In this document: positions 62,522-64,000 of the stretch, piece by piece
How positions within the stretch are numbered: position 1 is the first letter of the stretch
Layout of the letters: each line of letters starts with the position of its first letter
IMG/VR virus record: IMGVR_UViG_3300045049_000339
Location: 43,717-107,716 of that record
Strand: one strand, 5' to 3'
Length of the DNA stretch: 64,000 bases
Source: a virus
Made by a program: the position numbers and the translations under genes
Notes under the pieces: generated by a model
Database searches by the model: none
The model's input: only the letters and a program-made list of their open reading frames with translations
What the model was told of the DNA's origin: nothing

Positions 62522-62551
62522 AGAGGTCTAGGCCATTAGGTCTAGACCTCT
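62522..62551. promoter_or_regulatory. Two overlapping DasR/GntR-type operator-like palindromes
   Basis: AGAGGTCTAGGCCATT and TTAGGTCTAGACCTCT; the outer ends also form an 11-bp inverted repeat. Confidence 0.55.
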
Positions 62552-62690
62552 TTGGCGTTCCCTGGCACCGGTCCGGCCGCCGGTCGGCACGGGACCTACC
62601 CGGATGGATAGGCCGCATACGAAGGACCGACACAATGGCGCCCAGGACGGCCGCACCCCCCACCTCTAGGCAGTCAGTCCACCCCTACCC

Positions 62691-63707
62691 TCACAGGCGC
62701 CCAGAGGGCCGTTTCTGGCCGCCCTGGGCGGCACTCTGCCGTTTGGCTTCCCGCCGTTCCCGGTTGCGCCGTGCCTCGCACTCTCCGCAGGCAGACGCCC
62801 GGCCGTCCGGCCGCGACCGGTTGCGGCCGTAGCAGGAAAGCGCTAGTGACCGATTGCACTGGGTGCATGTCTTGACGTCGGCCAGTTCCTCGGCTACGGC
62901 GTCCGGCGCCCCCGTCAGTCGGTCGGCCGGTGCATCCAGAGCAGGCGCGTCCGGTTCGCTCTTACCTGACTCATACGTCGCCATGTCGACTTTCGGCGCT
63001 GGGTCGGCCGACGGAACCGGTTGTGCGTCACTCGTCGGCACACGAATCATCTCCGGACTGTCCGCCGTGTCCGGACAGTCAGTGGCAAGGCCACCCTTGT
63101 CCGTGACAGCCGTGACAGGTGCCACCGTGTCACCGGACAGTGGGACAGTGTCCCTCGTGTCCGTGGCATCCGTGACAGTGTCCCTCGTGTCCGTGGCAGG
63201 AGTGACAGCACCACCGGCCGGGGTGGCAAGGGTGTCCTTGCCACTGGGGTGAGTGGCAGTTGGTACACGATTCGTACCACTCTTTGTACCAAGATCATTT
63301 CGTACACGATCTGTACCAGGGCTTGTACCAAGATCATCTGGCTCGACCATGATCACGACGGACTCCGCGCCATGAACAAGGTCACTCAAAAATTTTTTTT
63401 CGTGCGTACAAAAATTTTCTGTCAAAAATTTTTTTACATAGTCCGGGGAGACCCCGTCCACGTTGACCTCGACAGAAATTTTTTTCCCGGAGCGCTCTGC
63501 CTGCGCGGCATCCACCAGCGCCTCGCCCACGAGCCGGTCCGCGTGCTTGTAGACCTTGTCGGTGAACAGCGTGGCCGCGTACTCGTCCACCACGCGCATC
63601 ACGTTCCTGACACTCGTGGTTCCTGGGTATCGCACCAGCCGCAGCAGCGCCGTCTCGACGAGCTTCCGGGTGACCGTCACCGACGGCCGTTTGATCAGCT
63701 CCGGCAT
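62691..63707 (-). CDS. Hypothetical protein with C-terminal zinc finger; internal DNA repeats
   Basis: MPELIKRP...; KTCTQC...PDGRASACGEC. Confidence 0.55.
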   Translation of the reverse strand: MPELIKRPSVTVTRKLVETALLRLVRYPGTTSVRNVMRVVDEYAATLFTDKVYKHADRLVGEALVDAAQAERSGKKISVEVNVDGVSPDYVKKFLTENFCTHEKKFLSDLVHGAESVVIMVEPDDLGTSPGTDRVRNDLGTKSGTNRVPTATHPSGKDTLATPAGGAVTPATDTRDTVTDATDTRDTVPLSGDTVAPVTAVTDKGGLATDCPDTADSPEMIRVPTSDAQPVPSADPAPKVDMATYESGKSEPDAPALDAPADRLTGAPDAVAEELADVKTCTQCNRSLALSCYGRNRSRPDGRASACGECEARRNRERREAKRQSAAQGGQKRPSGRL

Positions 63708-63900
63708 GGGTGACACGGTACACGACCAACCATGATCATCTCCCCCGTGCCCCCACGAGGCTGGGGGAGGGCTCCGAGGCAACGGCCACCACTGCCCCAC
63801 AGCATCTGTGCGCCGTCACCGGTCTCCACGCCCGAGGGTTCCGCCGTGGACTTCGGCCAGCGGTCCGTCCACAGCTTCGTCCACAGCCTGTGGGGACTCT
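63100..63900. other. Candidate replication origin
   Basis: 25-bp and 36-bp direct repeats, CAAAAATTTT tracts, and DnaA-box-like CCGTCCACA / TCGTCCACA. Confidence 0.5.
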
Positions 63901-64000
63901 CCCTGGCCTGGGAAAATCTTGTTGACCATCCTTCGCATAAAACAGGTCACCACCCCTGGCATATACGTACCCCCCCCCCCGCCAAAGGAGGGTGACCATG

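Noticed and set aside
55260-63900. Apparent abundance of CGGCCG in the right-hand region
   Set aside because: Common word in high-GC DNA; enrichment cannot be established without a k-mer count against a Markov background
1-64000. Integrase, repressor, attP or alternative genetic code
   Set aside because: No recombinase motifs seen; genes read through normally with standard stops; no suppressor-anticodon tRNA found

Overview
GC-rich dsDNA tailed phage (siphovirus-type) genome segment, probably infecting Streptomyces or a related actinomycete. Host inference rests on GC3-rich codons, sigma70/HrdB-like promoters, DasR-like boxes and actinomycete-type DnaA boxes. Layout: (1) 1-5.8 kb, rightward replication/recombination genes (PolA C-terminus, RuvC-like resolvase, SNF2 helicase, PD-(D/E)XK nuclease, AAA ATPase, SSB-like protein, two HNH genes). 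(2) 5.8-17.4 kb, rightward RNA-rich accessory region: 9 tRNA genes interleaved with unexplained structured RNAs, a HAD phosphatase, a 250-aa gene followed by a hexamer-repeat plus circularly permuted tRNA-like RNA, and five tandem Y-RNA-like units directly upstream of a TROVE/Ro60 gene. Four of the five units carry a different permuted tRNA. (3) 17.5-55 kb, leftward lysis, tail, head, portal and terminase genes, with unusually extended portal and prohead-protease proteins. (4) 55-64 kb, divergent small-gene region with repeated leaders, DasR-like operators, a DUF3631-like ATPase and a candidate origin. No integrase, repressor, CRISPR array or rRNA is visible. The most novel-looking elements are the two permuted-tRNA RNA systems at 9.8-11.0 kb and 14.9-17.4 kb. 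All family assignments come from motif recognition by eye, with no database search.
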